64,000 bases of DNA from Guillardia theta CCMP2712 (GCF_000315625.1 NW_005434673.1:1102302-1166301); one strand, 5' to 3'; positions 41,997-52,586 are shown, counted from the first letter of the stretch. The notes: generated by a model not told the origin, from the letters alone. A program made the numbers and translations.

Positions 41997-43285
41997 GCGG
42001 CCCAATAATAGTCATCGCCAGAGTCATCCCCCTCATTTTTTTGGCCCCCATCCCCCATCACTTGCTCCGGAAATAGCGTTGAAGGACCAGCATGTTCGAG
42101 CTGTTGGACGTATGCGGCATCCCGGGGATTGAGAAATGCATCCAGACGTCGCAGAGAGTGAGCGGCCCGCACCTCTCATGAACACATCCTCCTTTAAACT
42201 CCCTCTTTCCTGCTCCTCTCTTCTCCCTCTTCCCTCCTCACCTTCATCCCCATTATTCCTCCTCCCCTTCTTCTTGTTTCCTTCTCTGCTTCCCAGGAAG
42301 TGGAAGTGGCTATTGTGTTGAGCAAGTAAGCAGCTAGGAAAGAGAGGGCATCGGACAAGGGTCTGAGAATAGAAGAAGTAGATTATGAACGTCGCGCAAT
42401 GTATGTATGGACAATGAAGCGTTGGTCATCTTGTTCGTGAAAGGTCATCTTGTTCGTGAAAGATGGGTTGTTTGTGAAATATCATCTGCAGTCCTCCTAG
42501 CTAGGTTGATTCCCAGCCGCTTTGTTGCTTGAAACAACGACTTAACAACGACTTCTGGAATGTCGAATACTGTGTAGATCGTCTGTGAAGCAATTGCAGA
42601 GAAAAGTTTATTTTGGAATCGAGATGAGTGAGTGTTGGGAATAAGTGATAGCCCCTCGAGAATAGAGTTGTGTGGCTTCCCTGATGTGAATGTGGGAGTT
42701 GTTGGGTGTGCAGAAAGGGTGCCAAGTAGGAGATGGCTCGCAACGAGGACTGATTGTTTTCTCAGGTGGTTGACGGTCATTATCCTCATGTGATGCCTCA
42801 CTCCAGCAACTTGAAGTTCTGGGAGCAGGGGCTCACGTCAGACATTGGCAAGAGTTTCCTGATCGGTTCCTCTTCTTTCTGTGGGATGGGGGTTGGTGTG
42901 ACAGATAGTGCAGGTCACAAGAGGTTGGGTAACTCGACAGAGATGCAGTGGGAAGGACTTTCCCGCAGTGTAGGAAGCTCAGGGTAAGAGGAGGAGCGTT
43001 TTTCGAGGCTCTTGATCTTGACCTTTTCTTTCAACAGCACAAAGTCTGCCCTGTACAAGCAGATGTACGCTGAGGGACAGCGGGCACCATGGGGATCTTT
43101 TTAAGGTTGAGAATGGTGCGAAGGAAGGTTACGGATGTACAGACATTGAGAGCTCTAAGAATGAATCGTGTTACATTGCCCCTTGTTGTACAAAGAAATT
43201 TCATTCAACAGGTGATCCAGGACAGAGAGGAAAGAACGTTGGTGAGTACGGAAGGGTGATGGAAAGAGGGATGCCGACAATATTT

Positions 43286-44785
43286 TCAATCTTCTTGACA
43301 GCAATCTTCACGGAGCAGGAGGCATTCTTGCCATGAAAAAATTCGCCAAGTCCAGAAGCATTTCCCTGGTTTTACGAATGCAGCCGGTTCACCCTTGCGG
43401 TCTGATAGCGCCCAATATTCCATCACGCAGCATCGTAGACAATGTCGGCAGCATGGAGTGCATCCGAAGTAGAGAGGCGCGAAGCAAAAATAATTGAGAA
43501 GAAATCTGATGGCGATGCCGAACAGGAAATACGTCAGATAGTGGATGGCCAGTAGCAGCCAGTAGTCGTACTGCGTGACTGAGCATCGGCATTGTTGGAA
43601 CTGAGGCAGCAGCCTTAAAGGTCGGGGCAGAGAGCACATGAACTGGTTCAGATTCTGACAAGACTGATCTACAAATGATGTTTGATTGCTTGAAGCATCA
43701 AATTGCAGAACCTTGCACGAAGAGCCAATGGCCGAGAAGGAAGTAAGATTTGAGCTTGTGTTTGCCAACCATAGTGAGGTCGAATTATACAGACGCATAG
43801 TCTGCATTATCTCCGTTTCATTCGATTCCTCCCCCAAGACAAGAAGTTTTCCTCCAATATTTTCACAGAAGCTATATGCGTCCAGGTTTGACTTGGACTC
43901 ACATATGAACTGCAAGGTTTCTCGAGACTCCATTGCAGCTGTTTCTTTCCTTGTAGCCCGCAAGGATGAAGTTTGATTGGTGTCAACTTGTTTGGTGCTG
44001 TTGATGGTGGCATTCACTGCAACATTGAAAACGATGCCTGCTGGTAGAAGTTGATGAGAGGACACAGCATGATTGATCGAAGCATTCTGAAAGACGAACG
44101 ACTGGCAAGTTTTGAGATTGTTGATCATGAAGTAACAGAAGTACAAGGAAGCAAGAGATAGGAGTAGAGCAAACAATTTCAAAATGTATCGCATGAAATT
44201 CAAGCAGCATCGTGCATTGTGCAAGCGGTCACAAAAGCACTGACAACAGAAGGAATCCTCCTTGTTAAAAATGGTTCCAATAAAACTGCACTTGACGCAG
44301 TAGGAAAACAAAATGGATTGCAGCAGCAAGTTGAGAATAATCCCCGAGACCGTCTTTATCCAGAATGATGATGCCGAAAATACATGCATGATGAGGGAGG
44401 TGCTTAGCAAGGTCACAAGCAACACGTTCAACATGACCATAGTCCTCTGGGTTCTGTTGTATCGTTTACAATCTTCAGGCTGAGCAAAGAAGGGAGAAAG
44501 TTCGTCACTCTCCTCAATGTGAAGACGCATTTTGTTTCGACAAGTCCAGGGACAACAAAACTTCAGGATGAACTCACAGCATGTAAGATCTGGTCGTTCA
44601 GCTTGTGCAGGCTCGATCTCTGACATGGCTTCTCTGAAGTTATAAGGATCATAATAGAGGTTCCTTATCGGTGAAGCCTGAGTGTCGGCATATACCAAAT
44701 CATCTTCCAGAGTCAAGAAGTTATGCAGGTTGGGTGGTGCTCTGATGCAGACATCTCCATCTTCCTCCTCGTGTTGCACAGCCAT
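43286..44785 (-). CDS. intronless multi-pass membrane protein with a C-type lectin-like domain
   Basis: About 500-aa ORF with 4 hydrophobic segments. AYSFCENIGGKLLVL..LWL..C..DQSC..FMC (CTLD) lies in an N-glycosylation-rich loop. Cys-rich juxtamembrane clusters. Confidence 0.8.
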   Translation of the reverse strand: MAVQHEEEDGDVCIRAPPNLHNFLTLEDDLVYADTQASPIRNLYYDPYNFREAMSEIEPAQAERPDLTCCEFILKFCCPWTCRNKMRLHIEESDELSPFFAQPEDCKRYNRTQRTMVMLNVLLVTLLSTSLIMHVFSASSFWIKTVSGIILNLLLQSILFSYCVKCSFIGTIFNKEDSFCCQCFCDRLHNARCCLNFMRYILKLFALLLSLASLYFCYFMINNLKTCQSFVFQNASINHAVSSHQLLPAGIVFNVAVNATINSTKQVDTNQTSSLRATRKETAAMESRETLQFICESKSNLDAYSFCENIGGKLLVLGEESNETEIMQTMRLYNSTSLWLANTSSNLTSFSAIGSSCKVLQFDASSNQTSFVDQSCQNLNQFMCSLPRPLRLLPQFQQCRCSVTQYDYWLLLAIHYLTYFLFGIAIRFLLNYFCFAPLYFGCTPCCRHCLRCCVMEYWALSDRKGEPAAFVKPGKCFWTWRIFSWQECLLLREDCCQED

Positions 44786-45417
44786 TGTATTGTGCGTAGA
44801 TCCACTCAGGAGTGGTATGAAAGGAACAGGTGCTTGAGGTTCTACTGCTTGTAGGCAGCAGATCAAGTTCTATATTCGTAGACTTTCTTTCAGATCAAAA
44901 GTGAGCTTCTCCTCTGCTCTCTCCTCTTCTTCCACCGCCTTTCCGCATGCCTCGAAGCTCCAGGTTGAGCTCTATGCTCGTCCCCACCCCTTTCCCCTCC
45001 TATCTCACCCCTACCACTGACCTGATTTACCACCCACCCATTCAAAACAATCTCGCACAGTACCCCCACCCCCTGATATACGAGTAAAACATTCCCCACC
45101 CAAGATAGCTTTCTGACTTACAGAGATGTTCCACCACCCCTCCTTCGTAGTCTGTAGATCCCTTTTGAAGAGGTGGGACCTCTTATCTTTAACGGATCCA
45201 CTAAAATGGAGCAAGGAAAAGACCTGGAACCATTCTTATGACCCCTACCTTACTTCTTCCCCAGCTTTAACAGGCATATTGACGGGTCGTGTACCCCTTG
45301 CTGTAGGACGTGATTAAAAGTTTAAAAATCATATTTCAATGCCTATTCGTGCCGAAGGGTCAAGGATGCGACAAGGAATCGATCGGCGGAGTTTATGAGC
45401 ACAACCACGTAGAACTA

Positions 45418-45462
45418 TCAAAAAGGTTGGGGTGATATACACCTTGACCAGCCGCCGAGTTA
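45418..45462 (-). ncRNA. candidate SL RNA gene, copy C
   Basis: Exact reverse complement of 45807-45851. TATA-like ttatatacat (45481-45490, minus strand) lies 18 nt upstream. Confidence 0.7.
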
Positions 45463-45806
45463 CCAACCACACCAATCTTGATGTATATAAACTGGCCCTA
45501 CTAGAGTAGGGCCACGGTACACGTTGGCACGGAGGTGTGTCCGTTGACCTTCAAAGCCCGTTTGCCCCGTCACCCTCCGTGACGACCGTCGGACCGTGAC
45601 AGCGCGGCACCGTACGGTCGGCTAACCGTTCAGTAGTGTCATGTCACGGCGGATCCTCAGCCTGGCACTGCCGGGACGGCCCGGGTTCCGGCCGGCCCGC
45701 CGGATCGGATGTGTAGGGCCGGGCCACTGCCGCTGGCAGGCCCTGAGGGGGCCGGGTTAGGGGTGGTTGGATAGTGGTATATAAACATCAGTGTTCTTCG
45801 TGTCAA

Positions 45807-45851
45807 TAACTCGGCGGCTGGTCAAGGTGTATATCACCCCAACCTTTTTGA
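45807..45851 (+). ncRNA. candidate SL RNA gene, copy B
   Basis: TAACTCGGCGGCTGGTCAAG|GTGTATATCACCCCAACCTTTTTGA; tatataaacat ends 18 nt upstream. Confidence 0.7.
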
Positions 45852-46125
45852 AGATCAGATTATCGCTTGTTTTGCTCGTAAAGTCCACCGGTCGATTCCG
45901 ACTCTGCAAGCACCGCTGCCGCATGAGGCATTATTGTCATCCCCCAGGAAGCTCAATTGTTCAGCTCACCTTTCTTTTCTCCCTACCGTTGCTTATCGCC
46001 CCTTCCCTTCTTTTGTTGCTGTGATGCATCCGATCGGCTGCCTTACCTGTCCATCGGTGCTTCCACCCCAAACAGGTCGGCCCCTTCCCCTTTTGATGTC
46101 AGTATGGTTCTGTTCTTCTGATCCT

Positions 46126-47330
46126 TCATCCTGTTGAAACCTCTGGGGTCGTTAGCCCCTTCCTCCTTGCAAACCATAACATTTGTTGCACTTCCACAAG
46201 TTGGACAATTACTTTGACCGCGGCTGAATCGATCGTCTCCTCATCCTTCTTTAGCTTCCTCCAGTTTTCACGCCATTCGAGTTCCATGATAGCGCACTTG
46301 ATCCCCGCGATAAATGTAGCTTGAACACCTTCCGCCTCTGGCCTTACCCTTCTCATCCCCTCCAGCAGGCCTGCATACTTGACTTCTTTCTCCACACATT
46401 TCTCCCGCAAGCATTGCAGACTGCCCATGCCTTCGCTGCCACCATATTCAGATGTTCGTGCTATCTCCACAAGCACGATGCGATTTCTCTCTTGAAGTAG
46501 CATACGCCATCTGTGATGACCCTTGCTGGAGTTGTTGCATCTCAAGTTCTGCCATTGAGTTGACTGGTGTTTGCCACCAGCTCGAACACATGGAGTTGAC
46601 TGGTGTTGTGTTCGAGCTGGTGGCAAACACCAGGCAACTCCGTGGCAGAACTTAAGATGTTTCCTCCAACTCTTCTGTCACTCTTCTGCTTTGATGGCTT
46701 CCATAACTGTGTTGTGCCAACTTGGTCATGAGCTCAAAGCTCTTGCAGGCGAGCTGAACATGCCCCCAAGTCTTCTCTCGCCAGGACACCATGCACAGTA
46801 CGGTGAGTTACTTTTCTTCCATCGGCACAATTTCTTCTTGGTCGGTGCAGATAGGGTGATGGCTTGAATTGCAGTGCGTAGGACCGCTCCCTTGCATCTC
46901 TTCAGCGCCACTCCCCGGAGCTTTCGCCCAACCTGCCCTTCGAGGAGGAAGTTTTCCGTCAATGTGAGAGGGCCGGGTCCGAGCTTCTCCTCCAAAGTTT
47001 TGTCTCGAGTGATTCGATCCCAGATCTTCAGCCTGTCGATATCTGGTTGAGATGCCTCCTCTTCTTCGATTGCAAAGCTGATATCTTGATCAATGTAGGC
47101 TCGCTCCCACGGAGAAGAGAAGACGCTTTTGTCTGTTCGCGCCATCTCCTTGGCTTCCTGGAGTATACCATGTTCGTCAGTAAGCTGTACTCCAACAAGT
47201 TTGCCTGATGATCGAGCTCGGTCTAACTCCTCCTTCAGGCGGCTCCCGAGGATTGATTAGCTCGTCCTCATAACACATGGTATCATGCCGTAGGGTATTG
47301 GTGATGAAACGAAGGATCTTTCACCGATAC
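46126..47330 (-). mobile_element. 5'-truncated non-LTR retrotransposon relic (CCHC finger + restriction-like endonuclease)
   Basis: PTKKKLCRWKKSNSPYCAWCPGE, then after a frameshift TWGHVQLAC...AHNTV (zinc knuckle); TDGV..RIVLVEIART..EKEVKYAGL (PD..E..KxxKY RLE pattern); stops and frameshifts throughout. Confidence 0.75.
46538..46659. repeat. fold-back inverted repeat with 53-bp arms and a 16-nt loop
   Basis: 46538-46590 versus the reverse complement of 46607-46659: 49/53 identical. Confidence 0.95.
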
Positions 47331-47364
47331 CTACTACGGTGATTGGCGATGTGATCGACAGATG

Positions 47365-47758
47365 TAGTTCCCGAGACAACCACTGTCCCCTACAGCAGCT
47401 TGACTACCAGACTCAGACTGTGCAGGAGCCCCGCACATACATGGAGTCTGTTTAGGTCCCCAAGACCGTGATGGAGGACCATGACATCGTCTACAAGACC
47501 CCCAAGACCCAGACCAAGATTGTTCTCCGCACCGTGTTGGTTCCTGTCACCGTCATGGTCGACCAGGTCATCCAGGGGACCGAGACGGCCCCCAAGATCG
47601 TGATGGAGGACCGTGAAATCGAGGTCCCCCACCAGGTGTATGAGACTGTCACCCGCACCGTTCAGCGCCCCAAGACTATCATGGAGGAGAAGGTGATTGC
47701 CGTTCAGGAGCCCACGAATTGTCCAGGTTCCCAAGCAGATCCCCGTGACCCAGACTGA
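47365..47758 (+). pseudogene. fragment of an articulin/alveolin-like Val/Pro/Glu/Lys-repeat cytoskeletal gene
   Basis: PKIVMEDREIEVPHQVYETVTRTVQRPKTIMEEKVIAVQEP repeats with GC3-rich codons; frame broken at both ends. Confidence 0.55.
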
Positions 47759-48031
47759 CCGCCTCTGCGCCTCTCATGAGCACCGCTTGTGCACCGGGTA
47801 GATTTTACGATAGCATTCCAAGCGGCAACGTTGCTTCTCAGAACGAGGGACAAGTTGAAATAAACCATTGCCTTTGTCTAAACCCTAAACCTGATTGCTG
47901 GTACTGTATCATCGCTAAGAGCACAACATTCTACACAATTAGGCTACTCCTGTCGCCCAGGTCCAGAAGCATTTTTCGTCAACACGCAAGTGATAATCCT
48001 TTTGTCCGGCATGATGCCACCTTCGATCAGG

Positions 48032-49120
48032 CTAAGCTGCCTGATACCAGAGTTTTGGGCGCTGGATGAGGCCGCGGCAAAAAACAGTCATGGGTTTGCC
48101 AACATACCCAACTGTCCACAAGAAATCAGCATTGAGTGGCACGCTCGGACCTTCATGAATGATGGCTTGCGGCCACATTGTGTCATTGTAGGATCTTGTC
48201 GTCCATCCTTCTGGAGCTGTGTCATTCGCAAAATGTTTGCATTTCCAATTAGCCGGGCTTGTTGGATAACCTCCGAAGATTCCGATCAATCCTGATAGTA
48301 CTCCAAAATCCATTGCTTTTACGGCAATATGGACAGTACTCAATGATATTACAGGTACCGAATATTTGTACACAATTTGCCAATCCTTACCCGACCCAAT
48401 GTACCTCCCATCAACGTAAAGGTCAAAGGCATTGTCCACCGTCATACTGATGTCCATCCTAAACTGTGAAACATTCAATTCAATCTGCTCTGATGAAACT
48501 AGCTCCGGTTGGTTGAATGCAATTTTCGAATCCGTACTCAGCCATAGATTGCTTGATTTTGGGGGAGGCGTGAAAAGCCTCAAATTCGAATTTTCTCCCC
48601 ACGGATGCCAAGAACGTGTCTGTTCGTCAAAAACCCAACAAAAGAACCTGTCTGTGATGTCTAGAGCACAAGGATGATCTGATATGCACATCCATACCTC
48701 GAAACGATTGAGGATGGTGAACATTCCCAGCCCACCAGTACGAAAGGCAACTTTACCTGAACTTGCATTTGCGAAGAGATCATCCCATGTTTGGTATGGG
48801 TTGATGCAATATCTGTACCTGATCCCACTTTCCCTGAGCATGACATCAAGTCCATCCACCCCATCATATGGTGCAGTTTGACAGGAAGGAGAAAAGTACC
48901 AAAACGGAGCACTAGATGCTATGAACGAAATATTATTGGTTCCAGCAGTAACGTTCGTTCCTTGGATGAATGGGGGCGAAGTAGCTTGCACCGATGGTGC
49001 AATCAGTGTCAAGCACAGCAGGAAGACTTGCAATACTCGGTACCTGAGCATAACGCTCGCAAGAAGTGGGTCACTAGAGCGTCTCATCGTATTGCCTCCT
49101 TGCTCTCCGTTGCAGGACAC
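48032..49120 (-). CDS. intronless secreted protein with a C-terminal galactose-binding-like (lectin) domain
   Basis: Signal peptide ending VQA; VDNAFDLYVDGRYIG..W..HIAVKAMD..GLIG..NWKC..PEGW..YNDTMWPQA. Confidence 0.7.
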   Translation of the reverse strand: MSCNGEQGGNTMRRSSDPLLASVMLRYRVLQVFLLCLTLIAPSVQATSPPFIQGTNVTAGTNNISFIASSAPFWYFSPSCQTAPYDGVDGLDVMLRESGIRYRYCINPYQTWDDLFANASSGKVAFRTGGLGMFTILNRFEVWMCISDHPCALDITDRFFCWVFDEQTRSWHPWGENSNLRLFTPPPKSSNLWLSTDSKIAFNQPELVSSEQIELNVSQFRMDISMTVDNAFDLYVDGRYIGSGKDWQIVYKYSVPVISLSTVHIAVKAMDFGVLSGLIGIFGGYPTSPANWKCKHFANDTAPEGWTTRSYNDTMWPQAIIHEGPSVPLNADFLWTVGYVGKPMTVFCRGLIQRPKLWYQAA

Positions 49121-49207
49121 GCTTTTCGCCGCCTCAGTCCAGCAGGGCAGGCGCCGTGATGCTGAGGCGGGTTGGTACCTGCCTGCAACTCAAATGACGC
49201 ACTCACC

Positions 49208-49336
49208 GTCAATCAGAGTCAATCAGAGTCAATCAGAGTCAATCAGAGTCAATCAGAGTCAATCAGAGTCAATCAGAGTCAATCAGAGTCAATCAGAGTC
49301 AATCAGAGTCAATCAGAGTCAATCAGAGTCAATCAG
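49208..49336. repeat. (AATCAGAGTC)x12 10-mer tandem repeat
   Basis: 12 perfect units at 49211-49330 plus partial flanks. Confidence 0.97.
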
Positions 49337-50799
49337 CCTCTGCTTCAGACATCAAAATGTCCATCGGAAGTTCGCATGTGGTCCTCGTCCCCCTAAGTTG
49401 AAACGTCCGATCGATTGCCCGTGCCGTGCCGCATCATTCAGTGAGGCCCCCGAGGGGGGAGGTTCTTTGCCGCCGCAGATGATATAGTATCACCTGACTC
49501 GCCGGCCGGGGCCTGTTATTACTAGCCTAGTAGTGACTGAGTGATCCCCCCGGCCGGGCGGCCCCCGGAATCGCGGACTCAGCCAGCCTGAGCGTACTAC
49601 GGTAGGACGTGACCCGTGATCCGGCCTCCGGCGGCAAGCGGCCGGCCTGGCCCCGGCTCCGATCGACGCAACTTCATGATATCGGATCCGAGCCCCGTCA
49701 GGCGTCTTTACTCAAAGTCCCGGAGTCCTATTCTCGGCCAGCGGCCGGGCGGCGCGTCACCGGCCCCAGCAAGAGTCCGATCAGTTAGCACTGAGTTCCG
49801 AAGTTCCGAAGTTCTCCCGTACTGCGTACGTCCTCGATCGTAAGAACCCAGATGAGTTCTTGAAGGTGATGAGAAGTTCAGGGTAATGTGTCGCATCGGT
49901 GGACGAAGCTCAGCGAGATGGAGTTGCTCTGATAGCCTTCAACCAGGACTTAGGAAGTAGTCAGGGGCTTTCAAGTTGGGGAAGGGCGGCTGGACATGTG
50001 GTGTGCACTGTGTGCATTGTTGTGTTGGAGGGGAAGCGGAGAGTGAGAACTGTGTTGGAGTACGCAGCCAACCAAGAGCACAGCCTGGTCACACGATTGA
50101 ACATGGCTCCACGATTTGAGACCGGACCTGTGAAGTCACAAGCTCGATGAAATCCAACATGACAATGGGAAACATCTTAAAATCTTTTGCTTCCTCTAGG
50201 ATTGAGCCTGGCCATTTCCTATCACTGACCTTGCAATCGACAACTTGAAGGTTGGGAATCCGAAGATTGCTAGCCTACCTCGCTCTTCAGATATCTTTCC
50301 GAAGGTTATGACTATTACCTATTACCGTGGTGTATCTCTCTTCCACATCGTGTGCCTATCTCACCAGCATACCATATCTCAGCCTCACTTCCCGGCCCTG
50401 ATACCTTCAAGGCTTGTCCATCCACACTGCTCCTGCCTTCATAGTCCACAGCAGCTTTTCTTCCTTTTCTCCTCCTCCATCTCGATTGAGTCGCTGAGAT
50501 CATCACATAAGGTATCATTAGAGCTCTGCGAAAGTGAGCTCCAACCTCCACAGGAAGGGATTTTGGCGAGCACGAGCTCACGAGTGTACAGCAAGCAGCT
50601 GTGGTCCTTTCTTACAGCTACAAAGACAGCAACGGCTTTAATGCTTCAGAACAACAACCCATCGGGAAACAGAGAGCGCAAAGTACGGGTGGAACTCTTG
50701 TATTGGTATGATTGTCTGAACTTCATGTCTCTTCTTCTCTTGCTTTGTGAGTCAATAACGTATCTTGTCAGCAGAGATGCTCTGAGTTAACTTCGCATC

Positions 50800-51348
50800 T
50801 TAGTAGCCCTCCACCCACCCTTGCTGGACCTCCATCCTCGTCCAGTTCCCCACCTCCACTGTTGTTGGTACCGTTGACAGCGACTTGATTCGCTCCTGGA
50901 TGTAAGTGGCAGCTCTCTTGAGCTTGAATGCTGCCTGCTGCTTTCGCAGGGCGACCTTTGAGTCCTCTAGTGCATCCTCAACCGAGTCGCAGCTACGGGT
51001 CCTGGGGAAGAAGGTCGTGAAAGTCGCCTTGAAGGTCTTGGCTGGAGAAGGCGAGGGCCTGTCTGGACTTGGGGACCCGTCATTGGGGACGCTGAAAGCT
51101 ACCCTGTTAGAGTATGGCTTCGCTCGAGGCTTGCGTGGAGCTGAGCATTCAACGTCTTGTAGAGCAGCGTGCATGAGGGAGTTATTGATCGTGTTCATCG
51201 TGGTATGCCTCTCGCAGCTGTCGTCGTCCTGCCAGTCTATAGGGCCGAGGAGCCTCTCGGCACGAAGCTGCTGCATGGTGAGGAAGGAATTGCGGAAGGC
51301 GTCGATGGTCTCTGCTGAGTAGGACTGGTGGGACGGCACGTTACCCAT
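50800..51348 (-). CDS. hypothetical protein, possible N-myristoylation (MGNVPS)
   Basis: 182-aa ATG-initiated single-exon ORF with an MGxxxS motif. Confidence 0.55.
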   Translation of the reverse strand: MGNVPSHQSYSAETIDAFRNSFLTMQQLRAERLLGPIDWQDDDSCERHTTMNTINNSLMHAALQDVECSAPRKPRAKPYSNRVAFSVPNDGSPSPDRPSPSPAKTFKATFTTFFPRTRSCDSVEDALEDSKVALRKQQAAFKLKRAATYIQERIKSLSTVPTTVEVGNWTRMEVQQGWVEGY

Positions 51349-52586
51349 TTCACATCACATGAGGAAAATACGCTGAAGCAGATGGAGGAAGTTGCTGAGA
51401 TGGCAAAGGCGAGGAGGAGGAGGAGGAGGAGGAGGAGGAGGAGGAGGAGGAGGAGGAGGAGGAGGAGGAGGAGGATAGTCTGTAAGACGGGGAGGAGGAT
51501 GTATAGGGGTGGGAGTAGCGGCCATGCCAGGAGTAAAGCTGTATACGGCGGTAGATTGGTAGGGGGCCCATAGCTTATAGGACCTGATGCCCTAGCATTC
51601 CGGACCCCCTAAAAACAACGTAAGTGCCACGTAGAGCGAGGCCAACGGGGGCCGCCAGTGATTTGCTGTCAACTTAGTTGAAAGTTCTCCAGTTCACGGC
51701 ACCTCTCAGTGACTGACCGGTCGCCGGGACCGTGACTCAGTGACTCGGACTAGTACTGATCATTGACTTAACTTTGAGTAAAGAAGTTTGGGGGACCGGA
51801 CAGCAGTCGGCAGGATGAGGGAAAAAATATACTCAAAGTGAGCATGTCGCATGTTTTTGACCGTCGACAATGATGGAACACCGGACCTGGCTCGGAGCAT
51901 CGGAGCAAAAGTTCCGAGCCGGGCATCGTAATGCAAATGCACAGCACGTCCCGCGCGGGGCGGCCAAAGGCCTTTCTTCCCATCATCGCCAGCACTAATG
52001 GACTCTTGCAGGATGATGCGTTGCGCTTTCTGTTGTGGCTGGCGGATGGCTCGGCGAACAAGGAAACGGCAGCGCTCCGACTTGCAAACTTGAAACGCAT
52101 CCGGTCCAGAATCTTTCGTCAGCTTTGAAGGTCTCCCTGTCCTTCGCTGCCAGGAATTGTCCTGCGCGTAGTTACTATTGAAGTGAAGGTATCAGTTAAG
52201 TTTGGGGGACAGCAGTTGGCAGGTTTCGGTTTGGTTCTCGCTGTCTTTTCTCTTGCCTCGCCGTCATGCCATGCATGATGGCCTGTGCGACGTGGCAGTG
52301 TCAGGATCAAGCCTCCTCGATGCTCCTGCCGGCAGACTGTCCTCGTACACCGCGGCCTGGGTGGCGAGTCACCGTGTCACTGACTGATCAGTTTTTAACT
52401 TAATTTTGAGTAAAGATTGAACTTCATCAAGTTACTACTGAGTTAAGTTTTCGGGCGGCGTTAGTAATGTAACACGCAAGAAGTTCGTTGAGAACGGCTG
52501 ACAGTTGCCGCAAGTTTCGAGTCACCGCACCGTTCAAGCCAAGCCACGTCCGATCATCCCCCAGCGGCGATTCAACTCAGAGAAAC

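Noticed and set aside
41734-42132. RNA polymerase II CTD-like YSPS repeats
   Set aside because: A 4-aa period produced by a 12-bp DNA repeat that is open in all frames; not the YSPTSPS heptad and no polymerase domains.
45765-45810. tRNA/SINE A-box-like ggttggatagtggta
   Set aside because: No B-box (GTTCGA) or cloverleaf follows, and it is not shared by the other two copies.
45418-45851. Simple MITE with 45-bp TIRs
   Set aside because: No TSD is visible, a solo copy exists at 32802, and every copy has its own TATA-like box at a fixed distance, which fits small transcribed genes better. Not fully excluded.
49208-49336. Possible CRISPR-like array (also 41908-41996 and 26612-26775)
   Set aside because: Perfect head-to-tail tandem units with no unique spacers, in a eukaryotic context with no cas genes.
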